A stretch of DNA of 63,283 nucleotides, the filler included, from Basidiobolus ranarum (Eukaryota): NCBI GenBank assembly GCA_040143965.1. It is 48 parts of 48 records of this genome, joined end to end, with 100 filler letters (N's around TTAATTAATTAA, not from the genome) between each part and the next. Parts side by side here need not be neighbours in the genome. Positions count along the whole stretch, not along the records: positions 1 to 1,227 come from JASJQH010005919.1; positions 1,328 to 2,554 come from JASJQH010005920.1; positions 2,655 to 3,881 come from JASJQH010005921.1; positions 3,982 to 5,208 come from JASJQH010005922.1; positions 5,309 to 6,534 come from JASJQH010005923.1; positions 6,635 to 7,859 come from JASJQH010005924.1; positions 7,960 to 9,184 come from JASJQH010005925.1; positions 9,285 to 10,509 come from JASJQH010005926.1; 40 more parts are not named here. The stretch is one strand, 5' to 3'. This document shows, piece after piece, positions 1-12,774 of the stretch (position 1 is its first letter; the number at the start of each line of letters is the position of its first letter). Both the position numbers and the translations under genes were made by a program. The notes below the pieces were generated by a model. The model ran no database searches. It worked only from the letters and a program-made list of their open reading frames with translations, and had not been told where the DNA came from.

Positions 1-212
1 ATAGTAGAAAAGTTAATCAATTGTTTGAGATATTCAGGAGTTTGTGTAATAAGATATCATAGATAAGTGGGGGTAATAGGACATACTTGTTATATAGGTA
101 TAGAGATATTCCTATTTAGAATATAGGGGCTATAGAAACATTGCTTTCTGCTTCTGATATATTTATCATAACTAAAGTTAACTATGATGTTGAATAAAGA
201 TTATGATCCAAC
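1..212 (-). mobile_element. Partial LTR, family D (begins TGTTGGAT on the minus strand)
   Basis: Ends ...GATCCAACA at 212; related sequence at ~61575-61700 and a TGTTGGATAAT start near 59637. Confidence 0.5.
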
Positions 213-276
213 AATATGATGTAGAGTTAGACAGACTTCTAGTAAAACGCCTATTCTTCAGATATACAGCTGTAGC

Positions 277-622
277 TGTTAGAGTATTTGGAAGCTTGTT
301 GCAAGTGGTTTGGAGAATTAGAGGAATTGAAGGTTTTCACTTATTGATTTATTGATTAGAAGGTTGACATTTATAGTTTTGTCAAGATGTAAACACACTA
401 ACATGCAGAATATGTTAAGTGAGGTCCCAGGAACATGTATGCAAAGTTTGGGGCTTCTAGCACAAGGTTGAACAATCTGTAAATGAGAACTTCTGAGTTG
501 TTAAAAATATTCCGAGTGAATTCCTTATGAGAATAATGGATAATATCTTAGTGAACTATAAGATAACTAAGTACTAAGTTATATATGACTATATAGGTGT
601 TTAGGCAATGCTAATTTCAACA
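277..622 (-). mobile_element. Copia family-A LTR, ~346 bp
   Basis: Reverse complement of the LTR at 27996-28343; termini TGTTGAA...CTAACA. Confidence 0.85.
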
Positions 623-857
623 ATATTGACACCAACTTGGAAGTTCTCAGATATATGGATTTTTCAAACTTGTGCTAGAAGCCCCAAACTCTGCTCACAT
701 GTTCCTGGGACCTTCCTTAACATATTCTACATGTTAGTTTGCTTACATCATGACAAAAGTATAAATGTTAACTCTCTGCTCAATAAATCAATAAGTCAAA
801 ACCACCATTTCTCTAATTCTCCAAATCACTTCCAACAAGCTCCCAAATACTTTAACA
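623..857 (+). mobile_element. 5'-truncated Copia family-A LTR
   Basis: Matches the 3' two thirds of 27996-28343 and ends CCCAAATACTTTAACA. Confidence 0.85.
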
Positions 858-1198
858 ACTACTTCCAACAGGCTTTCAAGGTACTTCAACACCTATTCCT
901 TCTACTTAGACTACTCTAAAGTACTGCACTTTGCTGATTACTTAGTTTGGTTAAGTTCAAGACTTTTGGCACCTTTCTTGCAGATTCAGCATTATTTAAA
1001 AATTACATTGCATGTTCTTACAATTTTTGGAGTTGACCAAATATATCTGCTAATCACATTTTCTTATATCCAATTTTTTATTTTATTATCTGCATGTGTA
1101 TTAATATAAGCAGTCGTATATTATTGAGTCAAAATCAGAGTATGTATTAAGAGGTATCTGAATTATCTAAGAGTTAGTAAGGTTAAGATGGAAGTATC

Positions 1199-1227
1199 AA
1201 AGGGGGAATGATGTCGGTACATTACCT
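1199..1227 (+). mobile_element. Possible polypurine tract followed by a TG-starting 3' LTR
   Basis: AAAGGGGGAATGA|TGTCGG at the contig end. Confidence 0.35.
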
Positions 1228-1327
1228 NNNNNNNNNNNNNNNNNNNNNNNNNNNNNNNNNNNNNNNNNNNNTTAATTAATTAANNNNNNNNNNNNNNNNN
1301 NNNNNNNNNNNNNNNNNNNNNNNNNNN
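1228..1327. other. Artificial scaffold linker (first of 47): N44-TTAATTAATTAA-N44
   Basis: The same 100-nt spacer with six-frame stops recurs every ~1.32 kb; flanking contig lengths decrease steadily from 1227 to 1214 bp. Confidence 0.98.
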
Positions 1328-2554
1328 ATGAGCAGTGGACATGAGTGTCATAAAGGTTGTCTCATGTGTCACAGCACCTGATGATAGCAGCCTTCCATCA
1401 ATTACTTCTACAAGGACTGGACTAGATTTTTTGATTGTGGGGAAAGAGTGGATTTTACAAAGGCAGAGTCAATAAAACAGGAGGAAGCACCTGAGTCAAG
1501 TAGTGCCGTTATTTTATTGACTTGGAATTTGGTAGCAGGAGTGTAATGGGCAGCTTTAATGATTTGTATGACTGCAGAGATTGCAATGTAGGGTGAAGAA
1601 ACATTTTTGAACATGGCTTGCCCAAATGCATGCCTATTACTGCAGCTGGGCATTGAAGTTTTCCAAGGGTTGGGAAGAGTTCTCTTCTACTTGGATATTC
1701 TTGATCTTAAATCCAGGATTCTTTTTTGGACAGGTTCTTGCTACATGCCCAGGAGCTCCACATTAGAGGCATAGATTCTCTTGTTGGCGTTGATATTTCT
1801 CCACAAGGCTAAGCTTTCTGAAGCAAGTTCCATCAATTTGCATTGGGTCATCAGCTTGATCTGTATTTTGTGTTTGATGGAAGGGAGGTCTGAAAGTAGA
1901 TGATGAAGTAGAGAAGAAAGAAGCCATATTTCTTTGTTGTTGTCTTTCAAACAACTGGTTGTCACATTTAACCTCCCGGTTGACAGCATCAGTCAAGGTC
2001 ACTGGGTCAGCCATAGTGAGTAAAAGATCCTTCACATTTTCTTGGAGTCCATATTGGAATTGGTTGATCAGGGCAGATTCTCCCCAATTGAGATCACAGG
2101 CAAGAAGGCGGATTTCTGCAGCATAAATTGATGCAGGCTTTGACCCTTGTTTAAGTGCACGGATTTGGTGGCTGAAGTTTTTTCCTCATCTGCATTTTCT
2201 AATGTGGCTTCCAGTTCAGCAAGAAAGGCAAGGAAGTTTGAAAGAAGTGGAGATTGACTATCCATCAAAGGAGCAAACCAAGATAGAGCTGTCCCTGATA
2301 AAATTGTCCCTACTAAGCCTACTTTTGTTGGTCAGAGGGGTAGCAATGGGGATGTAACTGGATGATGAGCTTTACTTGGTTAATAAATCCACAATAGTTT
2401 TGGCAAGTGCCATCAAACTTATTTGGTAAGGAGATTTTGGGTGCAGGAGTTGGATTTGCAGTATAGTTGGGTGGAGCTGGATTCTGTACTTGAGCAATAG
2501 AAGTACAAAGTTCTTGATTTTCTTGCTGAAGCTGAGTAAGAGCTTGCATAATAT
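1328..2554 (-). mobile_element. Ty3/Gypsy gag-protease, degenerate (PEG10/RTL-like gag)
   Basis: ORF pieces PKISLPNKFDG...FINQVKL, QFQYGL, DDPMQID, zinc-knuckle remnant and protease ALLDSGASSCFID; broken by stops and frameshifts. Confidence 0.92.
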
Positions 2555-2654
2555 NNNNNNNNNNNNNNNNNNNNNNNNNNNNNNNNNNNNNNNNNNNNTT
2601 AATTAATTAANNNNNNNNNNNNNNNNNNNNNNNNNNNNNNNNNNNNNNNNNNNN

Positions 2655-3881
2655 GATTAGCATTCCTAGAGAAACTTGTGGTTTTTAAAACTTCCCCCTC
2701 CCAACATAGTAAGTATTATGTCTACACCAGCCCTCACAATGGAAGATATCTTGTGGGCTCAAGTACAGAATCCAGCTCCAACCAACTATCCTGCAAATCA
2801 AACTCCTGAGCCCAAGAGCTCCTTACTAAATAAGTTTGATGGCAGTTGCCAAAACTATTGTGGTTTTGTTAACCAAGTAAAGCTTATCATCCTGTTATAT
2901 CCCCATTGCTACCCCTATGACCAAACAAAAGCAGGCTTAGTGGGAACACTATTATCAGGAACATCTCTATCTTTGTTTGCTCCTGTGATGGATTATCAAT
3001 CTTCACTTCTTTCAATCTTCCTTGCCTTTATTACTGAACTGGAAGCCACCTTTGGAAATGCAGAGAAGGAAAGAACTTCAGCTGCCAAGCTCTGTGCACT
3101 TAAACAACAGTCAAAGCCTGGATTAACTTATGCTGCAGAATTCCACCCTCTTGCCTGTGATCTTGACTGGGGAGAATCTGCCCTGTTTAACCAATTTCAA
3201 TATGGACTCCAAGAGAATATTAAGGATCTTTTACTCACTGTGGCTGACCCAGTGACCTTTACTGATGCTATCCATCAGGCAGTAAAATGTAACAACAGGT
3301 TGTTGCAAAGACAACAACAAAGAAACATGGCTCCTTTCTTCTCTCCTTCCTCATCTACTTTCAGACTTTGCTTGTATCAAACACAAAATAGGGCTCAAGC
3401 AGAAGACCCAATGCAAATTGATGGAACTGGATTCAGAAAGCTTAGCCCTGAGGAGAAACATTGATGCCAATAAGATAATCTTTGCCTCAATTGTGGAGCT
3501 CTGGGACTTGTAGCAAGAACCTGTTCAAAAAAGAATCCTGGATTTAAGATCAACAATATGCAAGTAGAAGAGAATTCTTCCTGCCCCTCAGAAAACTTCA
3601 ACACCCAACTGCAATAATGGGCATGCAGTTTGGCCAACCATCTTCAAAAATGTTTCTTCACCATACATTACAATCTCTGCAGTCATAGCAATCATTAAAG
3701 CTGCCCATTGCACTCCTGCTACCAAATTGCAAGTCAATAAAGATAACTGCACTTCTTGATTCAGATGCTTCCTCCTGTTTTATTGACCCTGCCCTTGTCA
3801 AATCTCACTCTATCCCAAAAACCAAGAAATCTAGTCCAGTCCTTGTGGAAGTAATTGATGGAAGCCTGCTATCATTAGGTG
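2655..3881 (+). mobile_element. Ty3/Gypsy gag-protease, degenerate second copy
   Basis: 262-aa gag ORF (likely ATG 2718) with QFQYGL and EDPMQID; the protease ITALLDSDAS follows in the -1 frame; homologous to 1328-2554. Confidence 0.92.
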
Positions 3882-3981
3882 NNNNNNNNNNNNNNNNNNN
3901 NNNNNNNNNNNNNNNNNNNNNNNNNTTAATTAATTAANNNNNNNNNNNNNNNNNNNNNNNNNNNNNNNNNNNNNNNNNNNN

Positions 3982-5175
<1,194 letters not shown>

Positions 5176-5308
5176 CTAAATATTAGGAATGTTATTTGAT
5201 ATCCTAAANNNNNNNNNNNNNNNNNNNNNNNNNNNNNNNNNNNNNNNNNNNNTTAATTAATTAANNNNNNNNNNNNNNNNNNNNNNNNNNNNNNNNNNNN
5301 NNNNNNNN

Positions 5309-6078
5309 TGGTATGTAAGCCAAATATGAACAATATTTACCTGATTCAGTGATTGCCAATAGTGTGCAAACAGTACATGACTACAGGTTTTTCAGATCAC
5401 TGGTGAAAGCCAAACAACCATTTGGACATGAAGGTAGTTTAATTACTGAAGGATCATAAGTTATACAATTGACAAGTGTTTTCCACTTGTACCAGGTCTG
5501 TGGTAAGCAACAGTTGCCAATTAACTGGGGTAAAATGTAAGAAAACCAATAAGCACCTGGTTGCTTAGATTGGATTGAACTCTCCACTCCTCAATAATCA
5601 AAGCTGCTTCCTTTACTGTAAGTGTTATGCATAGATTAATGCTTGCCAATAACAAAGAGTCTGTAACAAAACCTTCATCTTCTTCTTCAACTTCTGATAT
5701 ACTACCATCAGTACTGGAATAACCAAGATCAACATATAGCAGCATGTCTTCAAAGTTGTCTGGACTTACTAATTAGACCAAAGATGCATTTTTATCTACA
5801 TCATTCTGGTTATATAACTGTGGTAACTCCATGGTATCTTGACTTTTGGTAGTGTTACCAAAACTTTGGGGCAAAGTACAGTCAGTGCACTCAGTAGGCA
5901 AAATTAATGTTGATTTTGTGCACTTAATACTCTTGATATACACCAGGCTTTGTGCAGCTGGTGGCTTTGTACAGTGACAATGCTTGTGATTATATTTTCT
6001 ACAAAGCCTCTGGCTTTCATAGCACAAGAATATGTGACAATAATACCAGGGCTGCTATAAATGTTTGTGTTGTGGCAT
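5309..6078 (-). mobile_element. CMC/CACTA (Tnp2-type) transposase N-terminus, degenerate
   Basis: Starts MPQHK..CYYCH and runs to SCPNGCLAF; overlaps the transposase core at 29130-30350. Confidence 0.8.
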
Positions 6079-6290
6079 GAGAAGGATATTGTAGAAAAAA
6101 GAACACCTCCTACATAAGGGTGGTTTTTTAGGTATAGCCCATCAATATCATCAGCTGAATCTGAGATGGTGTCACAGATGAGTCATCAGGGGATTTACAA
6201 GATATTTCTGGTAATGGATGGCAATTTTGGCTTATTATAAGCTGTTTCTAAGCAATTTCATTACACCAAGTTTACCATCTGAAAATTTCA

Positions 6291-6534
6291 ATGCCATTCA
6301 AATTCTAAGTTAAAATTGGCTTCCAAGCCAAAGCCTGCTGGTACAAAAGGAAAAAGAACCAGCAAGAACAGAGGACTTAATTGATGAGCAGTCTGGCAAT
6401 CCACTCTCCACTTTGGAAGGCATTAACATGCCGGAAACTAACTCAAGTAATGATGAAGCATTAATCAATTCACCAGATGTGTTCCTTTCCAGTGATAGTG
6501 CAAGTGAAGAGATTGTAATCCCCCAATTACATAG
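6291..6534 (+). mobile_element. CACTA-element second gene (ORF2) 5' part, divergent from the transposase
   Basis: Homologous to 38792-39588, 42327-43010, 47815-47910 and 53130-54078. Confidence 0.7.
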
Positions 6535-6634
6535 NNNNNNNNNNNNNNNNNNNNNNNNNNNNNNNNNNNNNNNNNNNNTTAATTAATTAANNNNNNNNNN
6601 NNNNNNNNNNNNNNNNNNNNNNNNNNNNNNNNNN

Positions 6635-7859
6635 CAAATTACTGGGTTTACTGCTGTAGGAATTTGAATTAATATGCATGCCTTTATTTAGATATTTTAG
6701 GCTTTGTATTCCAGCCATAATGAGAATCAAAAAAAACAAGAATCTCGTTGTGTTTAGTCTCTACATATGCACATATTTGACTGATTAGATTTAACAACAT
6801 CAATAAGCTTTACCAGCAAAGTAATGGTGGAAAAATTGCTAAACATCTGAAATTTTGAATAGCACTGACACTTGGCAAATAGCTGACTCTTGTTACTGTT
6901 CACAATGAGAATAAGCTCTTTGATTTTAGCAAATTTCTGTAAAGAATTCAGCCAATATATCCCCAACTTGCAGTCAACAAATGTGCTCCCTCAAGTAGAT
7001 GTGTCATTGCTTGAATAGATTACCCCATGGCTAAAACAATAATACTGCGTATCTCCATCTATCTCACCGAGAAGTCTGTCTTGCAGCTTTCCTAAAGATA
7101 CCGTCAGAATATCACACAAGCAAATTAGTCCAATTATAAAGGTACTTACTCTATGTCCATGGATTGGGCTTTGCTGCTGTAATTGTACTCAAGCAATGCA
7201 AAAACCCATGAGCACATTGAAAAGAGCATTTTGTTGGCAGGTTAATATACTCTTGAGTCTCCTTAACCCATTGCATTACATCCATCACTGATTTTGCTGA
7301 TACATTATTAATCAGATTAGCATATGGTAATAATGACAATTTCACATGGAGCATCATTTCACCGCACGTGCACTCCATTGGGAACTCCCAGAATGTATAG
7401 CAAGGGCCTATAATCTCTAAGCATTGTGAAAGATGCAGCATGGAATGTATTGAATACCGGCATAGATTCAGTCTATCTTCTTGAAACCTGTAATAGAGTT
7501 TTTCATATCCAAATACAAAATCTTTGCACAGTCACTGTATCTGCCTGAGATCTGCCAATGTGAATTGATTACGTAAGAAAATATTAACAATATCAACAAA
7601 CAACTCCCAATGTTGCCAATACTTATCAGGCAGAAATCTTTTCAAATTTCACTTGAATATATACAGATCCAATACTTCCAGTCTTTGCATTTGAATAAAC
7701 ACCTGGATGAGTGTATATTGATGGGAGTTCTGGTAAAATATGATGGTATCTTGATGTTTTCAAGCATTTTCCCAATCAATTCAAGCTTTGATCCTATCTC
7801 AAATGGCTCATTCACATTGAATTTTCGACTCTATAGCTGAGTAAGTAGTAGCAGAAGGT
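6635..7859 (-). mobile_element. CACTA transposase C-terminal part and 3' subterminal region
   Basis: HSMLHLSQCLEIIGPCYTFWEFPMEC (catalytic E region); continues into the end-A subterminal repeat. Confidence 0.85.
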
Positions 7860-7959
7860 NNNNNNNNNNNNNNNNNNNNNNNNNNNNNNNNNNNNNNNNN
7901 NNNTTAATTAATTAANNNNNNNNNNNNNNNNNNNNNNNNNNNNNNNNNNNNNNNNNNNN

Positions 7960-8265
7960 TGCATTGTTTTCTTCTCCTACAGCAGTATCCCAAAGTCCTT
8001 TTTCTTACAGCAGCATTTTCATTTTAATTTTCCAAACTTCATAATTGGTTCCATCCAATTTTTCAGAAGAGGGAAAAGTTCCATAAATTTGAGAAGTAGG
8101 CATTACAGAGAGTGCAAGCTTGGGGCTCATAACCTGTTAAAGTATTTAGGAGCCTGTTGGAAGTGGTTTGGAGAATTAGAGAAATTGATGGTTTTCACTC
8201 ATTGATTTATTGAGTAGAAAGTTGACATTTATAGTTTTGTCAAGATGTAAACGAACTAACATGTA
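7960..8265 (-). mobile_element. Copia family-A partial LTR, PBS and gag start
   Basis: Minus strand reads TTTAACA|GGTTATGAGCCC, then SEKLDGTNYEVWKIKMK. Confidence 0.9.
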
Positions 8266-8998
8266 ACTTTTAAACATCTTTGTCAATATTTCGTATTCCG
8301 TTAATCCAAGTTAACCATATTTCTGCCTCAATTTAGGGAGAAATCTATATTACGCTTATCCATAATTCTGGAGATAACCATGCCGAGGATGATATCATCG
8401 ATCAAGATGATGGATGGGCGCTATCTAAATGTGGAAGTTCCTCCGAACTTGATTTTGCCATAAATGAATGGCCCAGTGATAATTTAAGCGGATTTTTCAA
8501 TGAACATGGATCGACCACTATCATGATATGACGTAGACAAAGCAAAACTCTAATTCCTATATATATACGATGATTTAATTTTGCTTTTAAATATTAGTGT
8601 TTGGTTATTTATTTGGAGCAGTGGAAGGGGTAGGTTACCAAGCACACGTTACTTCATATGTCCCACGAATTGTCCCAATGAAATCACATGGTTGACTGGG
8701 ATATTCAGTAACAATATGTTCATTACAAATAAACAAGTACAATAACCACCAATTTGTTCATCAATGACGATTTCATTATCAATATGAGCGTTTTCAACTG
8801 GTCTTAGTTACCTATGAATACGATATCGGTGAATCTTATTTAGGGGTAGGGGATGGGAGTAAGGGAAAGTAAAGAAGGGAAATAATTTGCAACTACTATA
8901 AATATTCAAAGGTGAAGACTAATAATTATCATTTTAAATTGGTTACTTTTGTACCAGAAATTCTTGAAAATAAGAAAACTTATTCGTACTTTTACATC

Positions 8999-9184
8999 AT
9001 GAATCCACAAAATCTCACTATCACTGAAGTCGCTAAACAAGCCCGAGAGGCTTCTAAATCCCTTCAGGGTATCACCGCGGCTCATAAAACCGCTGCCTTG
9101 ACTCGTATTCAAGAATATATCCGGAACGCCAAAGATGAAATTCTTAAGGCTAATGCTTTGGACCGTGCTAATGCTGAGAAAGAG
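8999..9184 (+). CDS. PRO2: Gamma-glutamyl phosphate reductase, N-terminus (cut by contig end)
   Basis: MNPQNLTITEVAKQAREASKSLQGITAAHKTAALTRIQEYIRNAKDEILKANALD matches the ProA/Pro2 N-terminal pattern (A..AR.AS..L...K...L..I......IL.AN..D). Confidence 0.8.
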
Positions 9185-9284
9185 NNNNNNNNNNNNNNNN
9201 NNNNNNNNNNNNNNNNNNNNNNNNNNNNTTAATTAATTAANNNNNNNNNNNNNNNNNNNNNNNNNNNNNNNNNNNNNNNNNNNN

Positions 9285-10509
9285 CAATATTTTAACATGT
9301 ATGAATACTGTTAAGATACCATCAAGAAACCACTGTCACACCATCAAAATCCCTGGCAGAATGCAAGCCAGTAATATTCTGATGGTTCTCTGACAGTTTT
9401 GCTATTTTGGAGGGTGGATCCAATCCGGATCAAATCGATTTAATTTTTGTTAGGGGCTTCAGCTGATCCCCTTTAGCAATATAATCTTGGGCTTATGGCT
9501 AATCCCAAGTTTGATGTTTGACTGACTATTAGGTGAATAGATATCAGTGAGCATGTTGAAATCTGACTGGGCTCTTGATGGTAAAATCATAGAGCTTAGT
9601 GTTGTATTTCAATAGTCATAATGTGTATTCATGGCAAAGTAAACTCCATAGATTTGACAAAAGCTTCAGCTAGATAGGGCAATATGCCTGCAAAAACATC
9701 CAAGTTTACTGATGGAAGGAGTGTGACCAATACATACAACAATATTTGCCTTAAAAAGATTATCACCCATATAAACACCATTAGATAACCATTCAAGTCC
9801 TTCAATTAAAGGCTCCAAGAAGCAATAAAAAAGCACCAGTGATTTAGGGCCAGATATGAAGGATAGTATCAAAATATTATACCTCTTAAACCTTTGAGAA
9901 GGAGGAAGTTTGGGTTAATTAAAGTTATTGGTCAGCAAGCCTTTCCAATGGTTTATTTTGTTTAGTGAGAAACTGTCATGAATCTGATCTTGGTATACTC
10001 ATCCACTGCAAATAGAACTCTTCTATCATTAGATTATGACATCATAACTGCTGTGCTATCCCTTCTGGCAATCTTGTGTTAGTTCATCCCGGTTACCTTA
10101 TATGGAAATTTTGTTCTTTGTAACATTCCACAAAACATTACAAATCAGGTTATCCCACCCATAGTGTATTTCCATCAAGACTTTCCATGGAAGGTCACCT
10201 GAGCATCCTTATATCATCCCTCTTTACCCTAACCAAAATTTGGGATTGTTATTGTAGGAAAACCATCACAATTTTAATCCATTTGGGATTGACCATTTAC
10301 TTACCATTATAAAATTGTCAATTTAGATTTGATTTTAATCAGTTTTTCAGTTTCAGAAGTGAAATTTCAAGATCTTGCAAAATAGTTGCGCATGATTGGC
10401 TACAATCCCAGAGAACTATGAATCAACACATGTGCAAAAAACATAACTCAAATTTTACACATTTACCACTTGAATGCTAATTTATCACCTTTGAAATCCC
10501 TAGTCTGTT
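9285..10509. mobile_element. Nested composite: CACTA end A (to 9455), CACTA transposase fragment, LTR-C fragment (~9981-10226), CACTA end B (from 10227)
   Basis: TIRs ...TTTGTTAGGG at 9455 and CCCTAAC... at 10227; ORF ISGPKS...CIGHTPSISKLGCFC; the middle matches 21860-22090. Confidence 0.8.
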
Positions 10510-10609
10510 NNNNNNNNNNNNNNNNNNNNNNNNNNNNNNNNNNNNNNNNNNNNTTAATTAATTAANNNNNNNNNNNNNNNNNNNNNNNNNNNNNNNNNNN
10601 NNNNNNNNN

Positions 10610-10975
10610 GAGGACTGCGTCCCCCAGACCCCCTCTTTTCATCCTTACCCTCCCTTACCCTTACCAGAACATCTATATCCTATTCTTCAAACTTTAATTA
10701 CAAAACTACGGATGTAGTTTTAGCTTCTTTCTTTTTCTTGAAATAAAGGTTTCATATGTTGGTGACTCTCTCCCCTCTAACCCCATTCTGGAACTTTCTA
10801 TTACTAGCTCTATCTGTCTGGAATATTCTTAGGTCTAGCTTACAAGGATACCCAGCTTTGTAAATATATTGACTTTATCTTTGAACTTAATATTCAAACA
10901 CGGCTTATTTACATATTAACTTTTTTTAACTTGATAAATAAGTATTTCACCTTTTGGTGCTATTCATTCCCCTAA
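10610..10975 (+). mobile_element. Two head-to-tail non-LTR element 3' ends with hairpin and CCCTAA-like tails
   Basis: AATAAA...GGTGACTCTCTCCCCTCTAACCCC (ends ~10784) and AATAAG..CACCTTTTGGTG..CCCCTAA (ends 10975). Confidence 0.65.
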
Positions 10976-11318
10976 TATTCTACAATAAATCCTTAACTTA
11001 GCAAGTAATTTATTAGCTTAAACATGTATATAATAAATATTTGTACAATATGAGCCTGTCGACGAGTGTGCATTAAACATACCAGTTGACAATCATGCAA
11101 TTTTCAAAACAAAAGGTTAATAAAGAGAAGCGACCATACATGACATGAACTACTTCAGCAGGACATACACCATATATACATAACTAAACGCCGTCGATGT
11201 TTGGCCATTCTCTGTGCTTTAAACGAAAATGTAATAATTTTGTTCAAAAAAGAAAATTTGCTCAGCAGTGAAAATGTAGAACCCATGACGAAGAAACTAC
11301 CATCGGAAATCAGATATC

Positions 11319-11833
11319 TTAACCCAAATGTTGGAAAATTGGGAGTCGTTTACCAGTACAATCTTTACTCGAAACCTCAGCAATGCTTGAACTTGGCCCT
11401 GCCACCATATCAGCGGAATTTCGTCGAATTCGTGAATTGGGCTGAAAGGAGAACTCCTGCCAAATAGCCGGATTCTCATCACGTTTGGATGGTTGACCAT
11501 TACTCGATCTGGCATGGTGGATGAAACAGCACCTTTTACCATAGGGGCATGTGCCTTGCTCCCAAAAGGTTTTACATATGACAGTTTTGTATTTTGGAGG
11601 TCGATCAATAACTCTCAGCTCAGATGTGATATGAGCAAACTGGCATTTGGACCCATACCTAGCCAGCATGTTTAGGATTAAAGCGGATCTCATAAAGCCA
11701 AGTGTTATACAAATGAACCATGTACTTACCTGCAAAAGCCCGTTTCTTCATAACTTCTGCAAAATTCGGTTTTGTATAAATTACTTTTTCTGAGATCTCT
11801 ATCTAGGACAGCTGGTATATCCGACTTCTTGAT
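11319..11833 (-). CDS. TIS11/ZFP36 (Cth1/Zfs1-like) tandem CCCH zinc-finger mRNA-decay protein, 3' part; intron 11659-11729
   Basis: LYKTEFCRSYEETGFCR|YGSKCQFAH...PKYKTVICKTFWEQGTCPYGKRCCFIH; C-terminal KRLPIFQHL NOT1-binding-type motif. Confidence 0.93.
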
Positions 11834-11933
11834 NNNNNNNNNNNNNNNNNNNNNNNNNNNNNNNNNNNNNNNNNNNNTTAATTAATTAANNNNNNNNNNN
11901 NNNNNNNNNNNNNNNNNNNNNNNNNNNNNNNNN

Positions 11934-12155
11934 TCTTCCACCGTTGCCACTGGATCTACCAGTACTGCTTCCGTGACTCCTACTTCAGTTCCCGGTATTT
12001 GCAATGGAGTTGCCGACTGGGTTCCTGCCACTGCTTACAACGGCGCCCAGAAGGTTACCTACAAGGGACATTTATGGCAAGCCAAATGGTGGACTCAGAA
12101 TGATACCCCAGGAAGTAACAGTCAGTCTGTCTGGAATGATATCGGTGCTTGCTAA
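11934..12155 (+). CDS. Chitinase C-terminus: S/T-rich linker plus CBM5/12 chitin-binding domain
   Basis: CNGVADWVPATAYNGAQKVTYKGHLWQAKWWTQNDTPG..VWNDIGAC* (AKWWT motif). Confidence 0.88.
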   Translation, partial: SSTVATGSTSTASVTPTSVPGICNGVADWVPATAYNGAQKVTYKGHLWQAKWWTQNDTPGSNSQSVWNDIGAC

Positions 12156-12774
12156 AAGTCGACATGGATTAAATCTAAGCAGCTTTTTAAATAAAATTTT
12201 AAAGATATGATTTTCAAATAGTAGTAAAGCGTTTTGATACACTGGCTGTAATTAATATCAGCTTATCGTACTTAAGCTTCAGTTAGAAAGGGATTAATTG
12301 ATCGGCTGTGTTTAGCTTTATTTGGGAGGTACAAATTTTCAGCGATTAGAATAAATCAAGTAAAGTAATTCAAGGAGCTTACCTTTGCTTGGTCACTTGA
12401 TCCTTCGATGTGAACCAACAATGGAACAGAGCAGAGTTATTAGATGCAATAGTTGAATCGTTTGGGTATTCACTCAGTCACAGCAGTCAACCAGTCATAT
12501 ACTCAATAATAGCAATGGTCGCACGAACCGAATAGCATACGAGTCGTGATGTGGAAAGATATAACTAATGATCTCACACAAACCTGCTTAGGATGTTACA
12601 ACAGCCATATACCTTATCCTTATCAGGAAATATTCCCTAGCATCTATATTCTCCAAATGGTGATAATAAGTCTAAAAGCGGTGAAAGCAGAATATACTTT
12701 TCTCGACAGTTATCTATAAGAACCTTCATAAGCTTGATAGAAGACACACACCTAGATACTTGAACCGTCTTACA

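Noticed and set aside
608-919. 103-aa ORF and similar short ORFs in LTRs, subterminal regions or antisense to genes (e.g. 21593-22347, 57094-58006)
   Set aside because: They span LTR junctions or are shadows of real frames; no protein motifs.
1272-1283. Regularly spaced palindromic TTAATTAATTAA as a CRISPR-like or biological repeat
   Set aside because: Always centred in N runs; it is an artificial six-frame-stop linker. ORFs ending in X or 'LIN' are artefacts of it.
8843-8865. G-quadruplex motif upstream of PRO2
   Set aside because: A single G-run cluster in a purine-rich promoter; no support for function.
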